Positions 22,440 to 35,545 of a DNA stretch of 64,000 nt are shown in pieces (the first letter of the stretch is position 1; every line of letters starts with the position of its first letter). The stretch is taken from the NCBI GenBank assembly GCA_028534125.1, contig CM052817.1:10666001-10730000 (forward strand), written 5' to 3'. Under the pieces are notes generated by a model, which was not told the origin of the DNA, searched no databases, and was given only the letters and a program-made list of their open reading frames with translations. This stretch comes from Lama glama. Lineage: Eukaryota. Both the position numbers and the translations under genes were made by a program.

Positions 22440-22871
22440 TGTGGTGGCTTGAACTAGGTCCCCCCAAAATATATGTTCAAGTCCTAACTCTGAGTAGCAG
22501 TGAATGTGACCTTATTTGTTGATAGGTGGATGTAGTCAAGTTAAAATGAGGTCTTACTGAATTAGAGTGAGCCTAAATCCAATGCCTGGTGTACTTCGAA
22601 GGAGAGACACACACATATACACGCATACACACACACACACACAGAAACCAAAGTGGTGCTGTTATACACCAGGAACACTGAGGATGCAGAAACCGCCAGA
22701 AGCTGGAAAGAGCCAAGAAATGATTCTTTGCTGAAGCCTTCAGAGGGAGCATGGCTCTGCTGATACCTTGATCTCAGACTTGGAGCTTCTAGAACTGCAG
22801 GAAAACACATTTCTGTAGTTTAAACAACCCAGTTTGTGGCACTTGGTTACAGCAGCCCTCAGGACCTAACA
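22440..22871 (+). mobile_element. MaLR solo LTR (MLT1B/C-like)
   Basis: tgtggtggcttgaa...gtgaatgtgaccttatttg...agccttcagagggagcatggc...ttacagcagccctcaggacctaaca. Confidence 0.85.
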
Positions 22872-23235
22872 GAGAAGGGCGGCCAGCCCCCCACATCCAA
22901 CCACAAAGAGGCTAGCTTAGCTAAACACGATGAATTGGGAGGGGAGGAAAGGAGATCCTGCATGGGTCTTCTTGTTTTAATAAGGGTCGTAATAACCACA
23001 ATAGCATCATTTACCAATTGCCTAATAACTGCCATGCAATGTAGAGCCGGGCACTTTACATAACATGATAGCTGTCACACCACCTGCTGAGGGAGGTACC
23101 TTTATCTCCAGGCATGAAGGAAGCACCGTACACAGAATATGGTCCTCCTCCTTAAATAATGGACAAGATCCATCCACCCACCATTTAAGAAGGCAGGTTT
23201 TATGTTTTACTTGACACCCTCCTCCCAAGTCTCAC

Positions 23236-23289
23236 ATACATACACACACATACACACACACACATACACACACACACACACACGCACGC
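23236..23289. repeat. (CA)n microsatellite
   Basis: Interrupted CA run. Confidence 0.9.
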
Positions 23290-25235
23290 ACTCCATGCCA
23301 CACCTCTTAACTGCGCTTGCACAAATAAATTGGGTGGTGAATATTTCACAAATGCACTAATGAGTCTGCACTAGTGAAATCTCTGTTACACAAACTCTTT
23401 TCTAACACACTAAGAATTGCTATCCATGATCTCAAGTTTGTCCTCTGTTTTCCCAGACCTTGCTTTTAGTGCTGCCTCCCTGCCCCCCACTGCGTGCCCC
23501 ATCCCTGCCCCAGTCCTCCAGAACTCCCTTTACTCCTCCAGGTCTCAGCCACGGACCCCCTGCCTCCCTTTCCCTCTCTCGGGCTTCAGAGAGGGACTTG
23601 CAGGTTGGCTGCCGACACCAGGACTCTGACAGACACCCTGAAGTCTGAAGGAAAGACAGCTGCCCCGTCCCCTAAAGCCTGCCAAGGACAAACTTCTACC
23701 TGCAAACTTGGACCTAGAGAATCATTCTCGAACAAAGGCACCCCTGATGGCTGAATTTGCTCGGAATTGACTTCTGAGTTCCTCTATTATTGGGACTGAC
23801 ATCTGAAGCGTAAGTGTGCTTTTCTTTCACAAAGGCCCTACCCTAATCCAAGATCAAACAATTTATTTTGGAAAATAACTGTACATAATGGTACATTTTC
23901 GAGAACCGGCCAGATCTCCCCCTGTCATTTGCCATCGCCTTTGAAGTAGTTAATAGCTGAGGTAGCTCGGGGAGGCTACCCTGCTCCTGAAAATGGCACT
24001 TAGTGTCTCTTCTGCTTGCCAGGGACTTACCATTTACCTCTGCTTTTATCAGCCCACTTCTTGCTTTTATCTGCTTTGTTTCCCAAGTGAATGGTCATTA
24101 CCTAGTTCCCCACACATCGTTTCTAAGGGCCATGGAGGATTTCCTTACATGAATGGTCCTTAAATGATCTCACTGGCCCCCTAGAGTTGCTATTAGCATT
24201 ATTTCTCATTTTTCTCTAATGCAACAATCTTTCCGTGAATATTCTCCTCCCCTCCCCAGCTTTACTGAAGAGTAATTGACCAAGAAAACTCGTACCTCTC
24301 GAAGGTGTACAATGTGAGGACTTGATATGTATATACCTTGTGAAAAGACTCCCACATCAAGTTAATTAACACATTTATCACTGTTTTGTGGGTGTGGTGA
24401 TCTCAGAGGTTCTTCTACACCCACACTTATTTACAACAAAATTCTAAAAATAAAATCGTTTTAAGGCAAAGGACGTATACTGTATAAACCTTTAGTTGCA
24501 TGTTACTAAATTGCTGCATAAATGAGTTAGGTGGAGGCAGTCCCACCAGCAGTTTCTACTTCGTAGTTTTTATGTTGGTAAACATGATATATCCTTGTGA
24601 AGGAAATTCACAGAGTACTTCAAAGTATGAAGAAAAATGTGAAACGCACTTGATTTTCTCCATTGTGTACACTCTGCAGAAGGACCCAGCAGGTCGTGCC
24701 CATGTCAGCCCCCTAGCTGCCATGCCCCAACTGGATGCTGGTAGAGGACCATCCACTGCCTGAATGTACAGGAGGATGGCTGACAAATCCCTGACTCTCT
24801 TCTAATTTTTCACATTTATGAAAAAACAGAACAATGGTTATCCAGCAAGCATCCTTCAGGTCTGGATGTAAATATCATTCCCTGAGAGGACCTTCCTCAA
24901 CTTCCCAGTCTTCATTTCAACTTTTTCCTTGACTCGTTAACTGGACTAAGAGGCCCTGAGCCCTCTGTACAGAAACTACCACCCACATGGTATCTCGTAC
25001 TTAGCACTTAATGACAAATTAGGTCCATATGCAATGATTGATGCCTGATGACTGACTGATATGTAGTAAATTTTTCAAAACATGCAACATGTTGTGAGAT
25101 GTGTTATCAGTTGCAGCCTAATTTCAAAATGAGTCAAAATTTTATATCCACAATGACCTGAATGCTCAGCTCAACTGAACAAATATTTTTTTAGCATCAC
25201 AGTTCATTAAGTACTAGTCAAGCGTTAGGGATCAG

Positions 25236-25420
25236 GGTGGTTAACTTCATGTGTCTACTCAGCTGGGCCAGGGAGTGCCCAGATATTTGGTTAAACATTA
25301 TTCTGGGTGTGTCTGTAAGGCTATTTCTGGATGAGATGAACATTTGAATTGGTAGAGTGAGAAAAGCAGATTGCCCTCCTCAGTGTAGGTGGGCCTCATC
25401 TAATCAGTTGAAAGCCTGAC
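25236..25420 (+). mobile_element. MLT2 (ERV-L) LTR, 5' part
   Basis: gtggttaacttcatgtgtc...cagatatttggttaaacattattctgggtgtgtctg...agcagattgccctcctcagtgtaggtgggcctcatc. Confidence 0.85.
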
Positions 25421-25659
25421 ATCAATAAGTTCAGCCTGATCTAACTTTCTGATCTTTCCATTATTATCCAACATCCTTACTATCCATACCCATTCATATC
25501 CCACAGGTAAGTTAAAAGACTCAAGTAGTTCTTTTGCAGTTTAATGCACCTCCTCGTGGGTCACACTTTGTGCCTCACCCTTAGGGGCCTGCTGGGCCTT
25601 GAGTCTAGATCCAGGGCTAGAAACAGAGAGTGGTGGGTGGGGTGACAGGGGCTCACTAA

Positions 25660-27910
25660 GCAGAGATTCTACACTTAGCGCTGCAGCTCAGGGAATTAGT
25701 TAGGAAGGACTCCAAGAGTTTGGTTGGTTGGCTGCAACATGAGCATGAAAATTAGAAATGCTGGACCTTTCTTGGTGTAATGTAGCTGAAGGGATTCAAA
25801 GGCTTAGGGAGATAAGCACATGAGAGTGGATTTGTCATTTCAAGCCTTACTCATTCACATGGGGAGGGTCCAAGAGAGACATTTTTCACAATTACTGTGA
25901 GAAGTAAATTTGTAAGGGGGCCCTACCACCTTGAAGAGCTCTGTGATCACTCTTCTCTGTAGGCCAAGATCTCACAGTGGGAACTGTGGTCGCTGAGTTG
26001 GGAAACCTAAATACAGTGGGAGTAACTGGACCCCAGTTAGGGGCCAAACAGAAGCAGTCAAATGCCAAAGGCAAGGTGGGTCTCAGTACCACAATGGCAG
26101 AGGAGTCAAAGCAGCAATCAGAATATAGTTTAACTTACATAGACCTATGGCATTGGCATTCCTGGAAGCGAAATAGAAAGGAAACCTACTAAATTCGTAC
26201 TTGACCTGAATAAACAGAAGAGTTCTAAGTTAAATGAACAAAAGTCTAACTTGAATCATAAAAACAGAGTGTCATGGCCCCTTTATCAGTTCCCAGACTT
26301 GAGCAGTTTACAAACTCAGACCCCTTGAATGAAGAGGAGGCTGGGTCTCTTTAAGGAAGGATCCCACCACTCTGCTAAAATTGATATTGTTGATCTTTCT
26401 CCCAGTCTTCCCCCAAAAGATCTTTTCTTTTTGTGGTGACTCTGCACTGAGGAACAGGAAATAATCAGAGCTTTCAGGGATTACTGATTTCAGGGAACTC
26501 AAAACATCACTTGGGTTCACCTGTTGAGTAGAGTCTTATTGCAGTCAAATGACCAATGAAATTTTCGCTCAGGTCCATCTCATAGTGGAGCCAGTGGGTC
26601 GCTGGACCCATACTGTGGTTATTTCCTCAGTTCTGGAATGCATAATTGGAATAGACTTAGGTACCAGCAAAATTCCCACATTATTTCTATGACCTGTGAA
26701 CAGAGGGCTATTATGATGGGAAAGACCAAGTGGAAGTCACTGAAATAGTCTTTACCTAAGAAAATAGTAAAAACAAAGGAAATACTGGGTTCTTGGAGGG
26801 ATGGCAGAGATTAGTGCCACCCTCAAGGTCTAGAAAGATGCAGGGATGGTGATCCCCACCACATTACCATTTGACTTGCTTATTGGCCTGCGCAGAAGAC
26901 AGATGGATCTTGGAGGACAGTAGTGGGTTATTGTCAAGTTAATCGGGTGGTGACTCCAATTGCAGCCACTGTACCAGCTATAGTTTCATCGCTTGAGCAA
27001 ATGAACACATCCCCTGGTACCTGGTTTGCACTATTGATCTGGCAAATGCTTTTTTCTCTGTACCAGTCAACAAAGACCACGAGAACCAGTTTGCTTCCAG
27101 CTGGCAAGGTCAGCAATTCACCTTCACTGTCCTAACTTAGGAGATATCAACTCTCCAACCCTGTGTCGTAATTCAGTTCACAGGGCGATCCATCATCTTT
27201 CCCTACTCTGAGGTATTACACTGGTCCATTACACTGGTGACATTATGATGATTGATTCCAGTGAACAAGGTGTAGCAACTACTCTAGACTTATTGTTAAG
27301 ATATCTGCATGTAAGATGATGAGATATAAACACAACATACATTTAGGGGTCTTCTATCTCAGTGAGATTTCTAGGAGATCCCTTCTGAAGAGAAGACTAA
27401 ATTGTTGCATCTGCTATGATCAAAAAGAGACAGTGCCTGGTGGGGTCTTGAATTTTAGAGGCAACATATTCCTCATTTGGGGTGTGTTATTCTGGTCCAT
27501 GTACCAAGGGACTCAAAAAGCTGCTAGTCCTGAGTGAGACTGAGAACAAAAGAAGGCTCTACAATGGATCCAACAAGCTGCTCTGCCCCTTGGACCATAT
27601 GATTCAGCAGATCCAATGGTGCTGGAAGCATCAGTTCCAGAGAGTGATGTTTGGAGTCTTTGATGAGCTCTACAGGGGAACCGCAGCATGAGACCTTAGG
27701 ATTAGGGAGCAAAATTCTGCCATTCTCAGTGGGTAACGACTCTCCTGAGGAACAGCTCTTGGCCTGCTCCTGGGCCACAGCAGGGACTGAATCATGGCCA
27801 CCTAGTTACCATGTGATCAGGGCTGCCAATTGTCAACTGGATGTTAATCTAACTCACCAAGCCATGAAGCTGGGCGTGCACAGCAGCGCTCCATCATCAA
27901 ATGAAAGTTG
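25660..27910 (+). mobile_element. Decayed ERV-L internal region (gag/protease/RT/RNase H remnants)
   Basis: Peptide remnants KTDGSWRTV..VNRVVTPIAATVP (~26895-26975), ITLVHYTGDIMMI (RT YxDD-derived, 27230-27241) and SKILPFSVGNDSPEEQLLACSWA (ERV-L pol). Many stops and frameshifts. Confidence 0.9.
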
Positions 27911-28785
27911 AAAATTGCATAAGTAAGACTCAAGCCTGAGAGAATGGCACGCACAAAGCCATAGAAGAAAAAAAATCAGCATTTTGCAGTTAGAAACTCC
28001 ACATGCCTGAAGAATTATCAAAGCAAAAAAAACACAAAAAATCCAACCAAACAACAACAACAAAAAACAAAAAACAAATCAAAACAAAACAAAAAACCCA
28101 GAGGAGGCAGAGGAGACAAGATTATTCACATATAGTTGCTGGCATGAAATAATAGAAATGGTATGAAAATAATATTTTACATTCTATGCAATTTTTTGGT
28201 CCGATTGATTGAAAAAAAAACCACATCTCGGCTGCCTTTGTTGGTGATAGATGAGTCAGTTCAATGGTCTGGGCTGTAGGTGAATGCCCGCGATGGTTAG
28301 AGTGGAGCAGTACATATTGAGAGGGACACAAAATGAATGCCGTCAAGGAGCTTTCAAGAGTCTGTGAGCCTGTAACGGGAATCACAGTGCGAATTGCTAA
28401 ATGAGGGCGTTGGGAGTACAGAGTAACTCCGTCTCATCCCTGGACGTCTTCGCGTGCAGTGAGCATGACTGTCTGGGTCACGTCCTGCTGGGGCTGTCGT
28501 ACCACACTCCTAGCGACTCATTTCTTCTACTGAAATGCCAGGTGCCTTTCCCTGAGAGCTGCACCAGCACTAGTCAAGACTTGCAAACAAGGAATCCAGT
28601 GAGAGATCAGCTGAAAATGTAGACAGAAATCTCAAAGACAGATCTTGCATTCTATTATATTTAATTAAGGCTGAAGGATCAATCTTTTTTTTTAAGTTGT
28701 GTAGTAGTTTTTCAATTATAATTATAATAATGATTATTATAAAACTTTTTTAAAGGTTGTATATTCTTTTCTGTGTTACACTGTT

Positions 28786-28911
28786 TATTATTTTTATTTT
28801 TTTAATGGGGGGAGGTAATTAGGTTTATTTATTTAATAGCGGTACCAGGAATTGAACCCAGGACCTCATGCATGCTAGACAGGGGCTTTACCGCAGAGCT
28901 ATATCCTCCCC
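28786..28911 (-). mobile_element. tRNA-Ala-derived SINE (Vic-1-like)
   Basis: Reverse reads GGGGAGGATATAGCTCTGCGGTAAAG...GGTTCAATTCC...AAACCTAATTACCTCCCC. TSD ttacactgtt at 28776-28785 and 28917-28926. Confidence 0.9.
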
Positions 28912-28929
28912 TTCTATTACACTGTTGTT

Positions 28930-29115
28930 TTTTTCAAATTGAAGTATAGTTGATTTACAATGGTGTGGTAGTTTCAGGGGTACAATATAGTGATTCAGTT
29001 ATATATTATGTATACATATATATACTTTTCCAGATTCTTTTCCATTGCAGGGCGTTACAAGATACTGAATATTGTTCCCTGTGCTATACAGTAAATCTTT
29101 GATGTTTATCTATTT
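28930..29115 (-). mobile_element. LINE-1 3'UTR fragment
   Basis: ttgaagtatagttgatttacaat...gatactgaatattgttccctgtgctatacagtaaatc. Confidence 0.85.
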
Positions 29116-29329
29116 TAAATATCAAGAAAATTAAAAGATAATAAAGAGGAAATTGAAAACCAGTAATTCTATCACCCAGAGATACAATCATTAGTATTTT
29201 GACATATTTTTCCCTAAGGATTGTTTATGCATACAATATATATACAATTTTATTATCTTTTCACTTTTTGTATGTGTGATCATTTTCTTATATCATTAAT
29301 CTTAAAACAACTTTATTTTTTACATTTGT

Positions 29330-29481
29330 TTTATTTTTTTTTAATTTATTGAAATATAGTCAGTTACAGTGTGTCAGTTTCTGATGTACAGCATCATGTT
29401 TCAGTCATACATATACATACATATATCAGTTTTCATATTCTTTTTCATTATAGGCTACTACGAGATACTGAATATAGTTCC
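29330..29481 (-). mobile_element. LINE-1 3'UTR fragment
   Basis: ttgaaatatagtcagttacagtgtgtcagtttctgatgtacagcat...gatactgaatatagttcc. Confidence 0.85.
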
Positions 29482-29651
29482 AAAACATAATTTTAAATAA
29501 CTATAATACTCTAGTTTATGGGATATCATTGTTGATTGAAACATTTCCTTATTATTGGATTTTTTAGGAAGTTTCTAATTTTTTGCTCTTTTTGAATAAT
29601 ACTGAGATGAATATTCATTGTAAATCTTTCGCCTTATTTCTTATTGTTTCC

Positions 29652-30100
29652 CTTAGGCCAGGTCCTCTGTGATGCAGGCACAAGACAGGATTAGAAATGC
29701 AGGAGATTTATTAGGGGAAGTGCCTGAGGGAACACGAGGGAGCTGGGGGAGGCTGGGAAGAGCTGCGCCATCAAGATGCAGGTGTAACCCCTGCAGGGGA
29801 GCGAGGAAGGGAGGAAGGTTGAGTGGAAGAGTCTTCGTCTGTAGTGCAGTTCCAAGAAAATTCCAGAAGTTCATGGTGCTTTCTCAAGCCAAAGTTGCCC
29901 GTCAGGAGGAGTCCTGCATCTCTTTGCGTGAATATTCTGCCTCAATATCTCTGCTGCATCAGCCATTGGCTGGAGCAGCTCAGGGCAGGGGTGGCCTCAG
30001 CTGGGCAGCAGTGGTGGATTTCAGAGGGTGGCAGCTGGGGCTGTCAATCACTTCTGCTCCCGGGGGTCATAGACCTGAGAGGAGCATTTTCATAACCACC
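29652..30100 (-). mobile_element. LTR16-like ERV-L solo LTR
   Basis: ggattagaaatgcaggagatttattaggggaagtgcctg...gatgcaggtg...agccaaagttgcccgtcaggaggagtcc. Confidence 0.75.
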
Positions 30101-30563
30101 ATGGGGGACAGTCCCACGACTGGGATTCCACTTTCTAAAGGCAGACCCAACTTTAAGCCTTTTGCATAGTATTAAAGATTCCTTTCCTAGTTGATAAAAA
30201 TTCTGACAATTATGATCACAAAAAAAATGTTAATAAAAAAGATCTCTACGGTCACTCTAATTTTAGGACCATTTTTTCCTTCTCAGAGACTCCCTTGACG
30301 GCTGGGTTCTTGGTGCCTCTTAGCAAAATCGTTGCCTGCATCTTCTGCTGTTCTAGGTCTTCCATTTAATAATCTCTTCCATACTCCACCGCCAGAATGA
30401 TTTTACTAAGGCTCAGTTCTGACTCGCCACATCTCTGCTCAGAAGTATTCCAGGGGTGAAAGAAATGCAAACTCAATATGGAATTTTCACAATCTAGTGC
30501 TAACACAGATTCCTCAAAATATTGCTAATTATTGGATTTGAATGTATTGGTTTCCTAGGGATG

Positions 30564-31225
30564 TGTAGCGTGTGGATGTGTGTGTGTGTGTCTATGTATA
30601 TATACACACATATATATGAGTTATGTATATTTATTAGTTAAGATATATAATAATTAATTACGTATATGAATTATTTATATATGTATGTTTTATATTGTGA
30701 TATTTTGATATTAAGAAACCTTTCTGGCTGGAGAAAGACTGCCCCTCCCTGGGCTAACCAGTTTTTACAGATAGCAAAGGACTCAGCCTGGAGCACGACT
30801 TTGATATGGAAACTACCCAGCCTACCCAGCGCAGAGCCCTGCCTCCTCGCTCTGGCCAGTACTACCCAGGAAGCAGTATTCCTCTGCCTGAACCACCTCA
30901 GGGCCGGGTTGGGTACCAGGCAACTGGAGACCATCCCTACAGCTCAGAGCCCCCCAAGAATTACTCGAATCGGCCAGTCCTACACTACTTCCTCTGCCCT
31001 GCCTTGTCTTTCCCTCAATAATCCCCCAAAAGGCTCTGACCTAAGCTCTAAGCTCTCACCCCTCCTGTCTTCGGCCTCTGGACCACCTTGGTGTCTTTCC
31101 GTGGCGTGCCCCGCCTCCTGGCTCTAGGATCTGGGAGTTTACAATGAACTTTGCTTCCTGAGTCTATCCTCTGCCTCCTCTTGTGGCCCCACCTGACTGC
31201 CTGTCTCATAAAAGAATAGAAAACA
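30564..31225 (+). mobile_element. MER74-like ERV-L solo LTR with internal (TG/TA)n expansion
   Basis: Starts TG and ends CA. Core agactgcccctccctgggctaacca...agatagcaaa. 5-bp TSD ggatg/ggctg. Confidence 0.7.
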
Positions 31226-31650
31226 GGCTGTCATAACAAAGTGCCACAACTAGGTGGGTGAAAACAACAGACATTGATTTTCTCACAGTTCTGGAGACTA
31301 GAAGTCTAAAATCGAGCTGTCGGTGGGGCTGGCTCCTTCTGAGGGCTCTGAGGGAGACTCTGTTCCCTGCCTTTCTCTAGTCCCTGGTGGCCCCAGGTGT
31401 CCCTGGCTTACAGATGCCTCATTCCTATCTGTGTCTTCTCACGACCAGCTTCCTCTGTGCCGCTGGCTCCTTGTTACAAGGACGTGGTCACATTGGATTA
31501 GGGGCCTCCCCTTACTCCAGTAAAACCTCATCTTAATTCAGCTAATTACATCTGCAATAATATATTTCCAAGTTCACACTCTGAGGTACTGGGGTTCAGG
31601 ACTTCAGTCTGGGGGGCATGGGCGGGAGGGATGACACAGTTCAACATAGC
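31226..31650 (-). mobile_element. MaLR solo LTR (MLT1B/C-like); its terminal piece lies at 30543-30563
   Basis: gctgtcataacaaagtgccaca...ttctcacagttctggagactagaagtc...cacactctgaggtactgggg. Confidence 0.85.
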
Positions 31651-32649
31651 AAGATAAGAAAGACAATCATGTCGGCTTTAAGTAAAGCTAAATGTATTCC
31701 ATTTAAAGTATTGCACCTTCTTCCAAGATTACATCTTTCTATCCTTTTAGTATGGAACAGCATTCTTCGTTTTAGTAAATGAGAGGGAGAGTAGATGATA
31801 CAGGCTTTTTTGTTTTTTGTGTTTTTGGTTTTTTTTAAGGAAAAAAAGAAAAGCTGGCAACTCTTGGAAACATTTTTGAAATTCTACTTATTCAAAAATA
31901 ATGAACTCCAAAGTCTTTTGCTTGTATGTCCTTATTAGGAAAACAAATTGAGTAGGTGCCTACAAAAATTATTTTATGAGTTTAATTTATACTTGAACAG
32001 TAACCATTCCCAAAATAGGAGTTTGAAAGAATTAACGATAAACCAAATAATATTATTTTATTTATTTCTTAATAGCTTTGGAGAAATCTTTCTAAAATTA
32101 TTATAGATAAATGTTTAGTATTAATAAGGAGTTTGATCATTCTTTACTATTTTAGTGAATCCCTGTTTAACAGAGATACAGGACTTGGAAACCAGGTTCT
32201 AGGTTCAATTTATTTCAATATTTGATTATCATAGTTGTCAAGACTGAAAAATTACTTTGGGAAAGCCCACATCAGCAATATGAACTTGGGAAGATGTTTA
32301 TGGTTACTGATAATAGATATACAAATTCATATTTTAAATAGCATTCTTGATAACATCAAATTTGGAGTTGGTCAAGTGAGTAGTTTTATTATTTTAAAAC
32401 CCCATATATTTATCTTGATTTATCCAATGGATGCAACAGTGTAAATCCAATTAAATGTTACCAAACTTAAGCTTCTTTCCTACTTGGGGGTAAAATTAGA
32501 AAGTCACCACTAGGCAGAGACTACAGCAAATATGTTGTAGGAAAGGGCCAGTGGTAGAAGGTATATTTAGTGGCAAATATAGAATCAAAACAGGCTATAC
32601 ACATAGTTTCAAATTCTCTCTCCATCATAAACTTTTTAATTACTGAAGA

Positions 32650-33210
32650 AAAAATGTTAAGTTTATAGTGGACCTGGCAGGTGCCATCTTAGCCAGGTGA
32701 TCAAAGTTACCATTGACAGTAATTAGGACAGCAGCATCATGGGCCAGCTGCTACGATGCACTGGGGGAGGGCTCATCACTTCTGCCAAGTTCTTGCCAAA
32801 AAACATATGATCTCAGTCAAACTTTGAGAAAACATCAGACAAACTCAAGCGGAGGGGCATTCTACAAAGTAAGTGACCACTAAGTCTTCAAAGAAGAACA
32901 ACAAAGCCTGGGGAACATTACAGATTGGAGGAGACTCAGGAAACATAACTAAATTAACGTGGCATCCTAAGTTGGATCCAGAACCAGAAAAATATATACA
33001 TTAGTGGGGAAACTGGCAAAATTTGAATTCGACCCATAGATTAGACGATGGTATTATATCAGTGTTAATTTCCTGGTTTAGATCCCTGCAATATAATTAT
33101 GTAAGACGTTAACCTTGGGGGAAGCTGGGTGAAGGCTGTAGGAGGACTCTCTGTACTACTTTTGCAACTTTTCTGTAAGTCTAATTTTTTTTTCAAAATT
33201 AAAAAGAAAT
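32650..33210 (+). mobile_element. Old LINE-1 (L1MC-like) 3' end
   Basis: gaaaacatcagacaaactcaa...ggggaagctgggtgaagg...ctctgtactacttttgcaacttttctgtaagtctaa. Confidence 0.8.
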
Positions 33211-33834
33211 AAATACATTAAAAGAATTTGAACCATTACCTTCCGATGCCTGGTGGATCTTTTTGTTAGAGACCCTGCTCTGTAGAGCCCTCAAACATCT
33301 GCTCCAAACTGTTGCTTCCCTGTCCCTACGCTTTTGCGTAAGCGATTCTCACCATCAGAAATTCACTCCAGGTTATCTGAGGGCCTCCTGTGTGCAAAGG
33401 TAACTGATGTCTGCAATTGTTGAACTGAATGCTATCGTTACCAATCTACCTCTCATTATAGGTGGCTGAACATCCTTCTAAAATGCTCTCTCAGATGTAT
33501 CATGAGCCCTAACTGATCTTGCCAAACACCCATAGATGAAGAACAGATCCTAGATTCTTACATTTCTTTTACAGTTGAAGAAATAAATTCCAAGAAGTCA
33601 AATAACTTGCATGCTTTCGAGTGAATGGACTCAGGCATGCCTACTGCAGAATAAAGGAACATTGGCTCTTGCTCTTCTCTTCAGCCACTTCCCTAAATTT
33701 AGGAGATAACAGAGCATTTTTCTTTGATGAATTCATCATGGTGCCCAAGCCTTCTCGGCACCAGTGCTGAGGTCTGTGGAGAAGATGTGGCTGACTCTGT
33801 TCTTACCCAAGGACGCTCTCTACAAGGAGGTTGT

Positions 33835-34151
33835 TGTGATGGTTAATTTTATGTTTCAGCTTGCCGAGGCTTTAAGTTCTCAGTGTTTTTGTGTGTTTTT
33901 GGATGAGATTAAAATTTAAATTTGTGGACTTTGGGTAAAGCAGATTGCCCTCCGTCATGTGAGTGGGCCCCCTCCAATCAGCTGAAGGCCTCAATAGAAC
34001 AAAAGATTGACCTCCCCCAAGGAAGAGAGAATTCTCCAGCAGACTGCTGCCTTTGGACCACATCTGCAACATCATCTCTTCCTGCCTGAGCATGATCTAT
34101 TTCTACATCTACATCTGTATCTCCCGCTGGTTCTCTGGAGGACCCTGATAC
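33835..34151 (+). mobile_element. MLT2 (ERV-L) LTR
   Basis: tgtgatggttaattttatg...aagcagattgccctccgtcatgtgagtgggcc...aatagaacaaaagattgacc...ttctctggaggaccctgatac. Confidence 0.85.
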
Positions 34152-35329
34152 TGTCCCTCTGAGTGTTCTAGACACAAGCAGGCTCTCTCACCATTTGCCT
34201 TTTGTTCACCACAGTCACTTGGGGGAGAGGCCAAAGGGCAGTGTAGGTGGGGTATTTGCAAGTCGAATTATAATTACCTCACAATTCTAGTACACATTCT
34301 ACTGGTTAACTTTGAAGCTTCTACTTGAAAATGCAAAATAGATTTCAACATGCAGGGAAATGGCTGGAATATTGACTGAAGTGCTTTAAATACAAACCCC
34401 TCCTGGTCCACTAGACATGTAGAGGTGTACACCCACTTGTTGCTAGCAGTGTTTCACAGAAATACACTCATGCCTTTGCTTTGCTTAAAAGGAAAATGTG
34501 AGTTGTCCCTCACTTTCCCACTTCCGGGTTGGGTATAGGGTTTCCTCCTCTCTCCCAGTCACCGAGTAACTTTAATTTTGCCTTTGGTGTATTTATTACA
34601 GCAGTGTTGTTTCCTAAGACAATTTAAAAATTCCGACATCCCTTTTAGCCTCCATGTCAATGGATTGTTGTCTTAGAATTTCCCATAGCATCAAGCTTCA
34701 GCAGTCAACGTTGATCAGTGACCCAGATCTTAGCTCACATTCCCTTGAGAGGAATGTGTTCTTCAGAGCCTAAAATCTTGGAGACATTTCTCTTTTGCCA
34801 TTAAGGTCTTCAAATCAGCTTCTTTGTTTCAGCTTCTGCTACATTACAATCTAAGAAATAATCCCAATTATTTTGCTCTAGGAGAATTCTGATGCATCAG
34901 TTTCAGTAGTTTTAAAAATAAGCTTGTCTTCTACTGGAATGTAATTTGATTGCACGTTTTTCTTGCCAACGTGGTGCTTCTGAGTGGATTGGAGCCATAC
35001 ATTTTTGCTCTCTATAGGATTCTGCTTAAGGTAATGGTGAAGTTGCATAACTACCCAGGATCAAAGTTGTGGGGTTTGGAAAGGTGGTGGTGGTAGTGGC
35101 ATGGGGGCTCCTCCCTTTGGGAACTAGTGACTCAAGGGGGACGGGGGAGGAGATAATGGCTTTGTAGGTTGGTATGTAGTAAACAAAAAGTGATCCACCC
35201 GCCCCCATATCTGGAACATCATGGTCCATTTAGAAGCACATGTTGAAAAGAAACAAACACAATCCAACAGATCCGTCGAGCCTATATAAGGAAAGACTGT
35301 CGATCAAGAATGGACATTAACCACAGGAT

Positions 35330-35545
35330 GAAAGCTCCCATCTGACAGTGTTCACCATGTCCCGGCGCTGTGTCAGTCACTGCCTGTGTCACCTCTAGTC
35401 CTACAACAGTCTTAGGAAGTGGGCATGGTCACCCCATCAGCCCCTTTTAGAGACGATCAGGTTCAATCAGGTTCAGTCACTTGCCCAAGATCACAGAGTT
35501 AGTGGGTGATTGAGCAGCAGGTAGAACTCACCTGCTCTCTTAAGC
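35330..35545 (-). mobile_element. MIR SINE
   Basis: tcctacaacagtc...ggttcagtcacttgcccaagatcacagagttagt. Confidence 0.7.

Noticed and set aside
26900..27910. Functional or domesticated reverse transcriptase
   Set aside because: The catalytic motif is mutated (YTGD), with multiple frameshifts and stops.
29669..31127. 166-aa and 153-aa ORFs
   Set aside because: They lie in LTR16-like and MER74-like LTRs with no protein similarity.
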